Below are positions 61,795 to 64,000 of a DNA stretch of 64,000 nt, one piece after another. The position numbers and the translations under genes are program-made. Location of the stretch: positions 64,001-128,000 of the forward strand of contig DATGZA010000014.1 of the NCBI GenBank assembly GCA_035297365.1. Direction: 5' to 3'. Under the pieces are notes generated by a model. The model did not search any database. It was not told the origin of the DNA and worked only from the letters and a program-made list of their open reading frames with translations. The DNA comes from Nitrososphaeraceae archaeon (GTDB lineage Archaea > Thermoproteota > Nitrososphaeria > Nitrososphaerales > Nitrososphaeraceae). Position 1 is the first letter of the stretch; every line of letters begins with the position of its first letter.

Positions 61795-62553
61795 TTGTAT
61801 TCTGAAAGTGGTAGAATGCTAAGGAATCAAACTAGAACTTATCCACGATATAAAACAACAGATGAATTAATCTACGAAGACTTTTACTCAAAAGTCTGTG
61901 ACGTTTCTACAGGCACATTTTGGGCAAGAAAAGATTCACATGGAAATATTATTCCTAAAAAAGATGGACGTCCTAACTGCGACTATTATGTCAGTACAAT
62001 AATTAGGCTTAGAACTATGTCAGGTGACGAATTCTTGTATAGCCAAGGCAACATCATTGGTTACGATGCAGCAGGTCAAGAATGTAGATTGTTTATATCA
62101 AAGCCTGAAGCATATCTAATGACTTTATTTGATATGCATAGAGTATATGATAATGAAACAAAAATCTTTTACGAAACGTGCCGTGGTCCAATGGAGACTT
62201 ATGACGAGTATGAATTACCTTTCTCACCAAAAAATGTCCAACTATTGTATGAAAAGAGGAATAGATCAAGAAATGCAAAACCAATCCAATTTATCGTAAA
62301 AGATGAACAAACAGGTATGGATGTCGTTGTTAGATGGTCCAGTGTTGAAGATACTTTGAAACTATTCAAAGAGAAAGACTTTTTGTATCTTTACAACGGA
62401 AATTATATTCCTCAACCAGTAAAGGAAGAAATGAGAATTAGGGCTCAGGCATTGACAGGAGGAGAACAACAGAATATGGGACCAGCAACCAATCCAGCAA
62501 CTAACGTTAACTATCATAGCAATAGCAATAAAGAGATTAACGCATATTGCTAA
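61795..62553 (+). CDS. Hypothetical protein of the integrated element
   Basis: 252-aa ORF; its frame stays open upstream into the integrase tail. Confidence 0.6.
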   Translation: MYSESGRMLRNQTRTYPRYKTTDELIYEDFYSKVCDVSTGTFWARKDSHGNIIPKKDGRPNCDYYVSTIIRLRTMSGDEFLYSQGNIIGYDAAGQECRLFISKPEAYLMTLFDMHRVYDNETKIFYETCRGPMETYDEYELPFSPKNVQLLYEKRNRSRNAKPIQFIVKDEQTGMDVVVRWSSVEDTLKLFKEKDFLYLYNGNYIPQPVKEEMRIRAQALTGGEQQNMGPATNPATNVNYHSNSNKEINAYC

Positions 62554-62687
62554 TCTATTTTTCAATTAATCAAAGATAAAAAGATGTGATTTCCTCTGGA
62601 ATTTGTATTAACCTGAGAGGAGGATATTTCACAATCCAGTTATTAATATTGAGCGTGAGAGAGGTCTCAATCAATGAATGGCTTAGG

Positions 62688-63576
62688 TTACTGAGACAAT
62701 TTATCTAACACTAAAATTACAATAGGAACAATAATTGATATAATAATTTCCAAAGAGATTCTGGTGTTTCTTGAAGTTGTTTCAGTTACGCATTCATTCT
62801 CTCTTTTCAACACTTTAATAATTTCTTGATATGGTAATAATTTATTACTGGTATCTCCAAAGGATTTAGTTAAACTTAATAATAAATTACTATCGCTTGA
62901 ACTTAATATTTTATCATATAAACAGTTCATTGATCTAATTTTTATAGTAAGGTTTTGTTGAAGGAATTTTTGGTAATATACTAAACCTTGAACCAAATAT
63001 TTTAATTTTGTATAAAAATCTTGTTTTCTATTAATAGAAAGAATATAGACTCTAGCGATGTTATAGTAAACAAACTCATTCCTTGGGACTAACATTACCA
63101 AAAAAGCGTTGTAAAACCAGAAGAGAATATGATGATAATCTGAAGTACAAATGAGGCAACATTCTTCAAATCCATTCCGTTTAGGAGAGAAAATGAAAAT
63201 GAGAACGGGTCAAATAAGGAATTATTTAATATAAAATAAAGAGTAATTGAAAATAGAAAAATACCTAGAGATGTATAGAATGCATGTCGTGCATAATTGA
63301 TCGCTAAAATTGTAAAGGACTTTTCTAAATAAAAATTACTTAATTCATCATCTGTAATAGGATCTGTAAATAATTTGCTAATTTTAGAACTCAGATAAAC
63401 ATGGGGAAAAATAACTACGTCCAAGATAATAAGAAATAAAATCGCGAAATCTACATCTTTTGAAACATGAGGATAACCTGAATAAAAATAAAAATTTACA
63501 GATATATATATATGATCATAATATTGGTTAAAATAATACCAGTTAAAAGGAAGATAAACGTTTTATCTCTCTTCAT
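62688..63576 (-). pseudogene. Multi-TM membrane protein split by two frameshifts
   Basis: ATG at 63576; removing one TA from the (TA)n at about 63502-63513 and adding one T at the homopolymer at 63100-63105 joins ORFs 63095-63424 and 62688-63101. Confidence 0.6.
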
Positions 63577-63664
63577 GTTAAGATAAAATTTGAGAATCCA
63601 TTAATAAACTAAATTATTGCAATAACTTCAAGATTTTTTAGTTGATTTTTTTATTTAGTTTTTG

Positions 63665-63835
63665 TTAATGTGGTATCTCTTGTTGCTTTTCGAGATAAGC
63701 GCATTTATGCTTCTTCTGCTTGTGCAATTCCCAATATTCTCCCTTAACAGGATTCCAGTAAATGACAGTATCGCACCTTTGATATTGTGAAGATACAACT
63801 GATAATACATAGATATTGTTGGCAAATACGATCAA
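63665..63835 (-). pseudogene. Small Zn-finger-like ORF or remnant
   Basis: ...YQRCDTVIYWNPVKGEYWELHKQKKHKC...; the first Cys of an expected CxxC appears replaced by Tyr. Confidence 0.3.
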
Positions 63836-64000
63836 AATTAATAGGGCAAAACATGATGAATTATTTTAGTAGTAAATGACTAGGAAATTAAATTTATCTT
63901 ATTATAGAACTTTTTTAATATTACTCGTTGATAATTTCACTTAACATTGAAGATAAAAATTACTTCAATCTTTGTAATCATACTCGCTTCGAGTATAACT

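Noticed and set aside
1-64000. CRISPR array, rRNA, or intact provirus/defence system
   Set aside because: No regularly spaced repeats, rRNA-like tracts, or capsid/defence motifs were seen by eye

Overview
Low-GC (roughly 30% by eye) archaeal chromosomal window. Gene content points to an ammonia-oxidising Nitrososphaerota, most consistent with a Ca. Nitrosocosmicus-like genome: unsplit RpoA, acetyl/propionyl-CoA carboxylase of the 3HP/4HB cycle, CdvB/CdvC, and intron-bearing tRNAs. Positions 1-45 kb are mostly intact core genes: RNR region, thiolase/DUF35, tRNA-Ser, rpl18-secY-adk-cmk-cbf5, larB-mdh/larC-larE-iscS, acc, rfcL, rpoH-B-A-nusA-rps12-rps7, tRNA-His, taw1, ychF, kae1/bud32 and rdgB. 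Positions 45.7-56.5 kb are a patchier accessory zone with four heavily decayed IS remnants (two IS630-like, two IS6-like), PHP/ATP-grasp/GT2 genes and znuCB. At the right end, the RNase P RNA gene is followed immediately by a decayed integrase-bearing element. Best leads: (1) an HTH + ATP-cone + catalytically dead class III RNR protein upstream of the class II RNR gene, with an NrdR-box-like palindrome between them; (2) a 'hypothetical' that carries degenerate trans-prenyltransferase motifs; (3) an integrase abutting rnpB; (4) nickel-pincer cofactor genes around mdh with no larA in the window; (5) a PurF pseudoenzyme; (6) several microproteins missing from the ORF track. All family calls are by-eye motif recognition; no searches were run.
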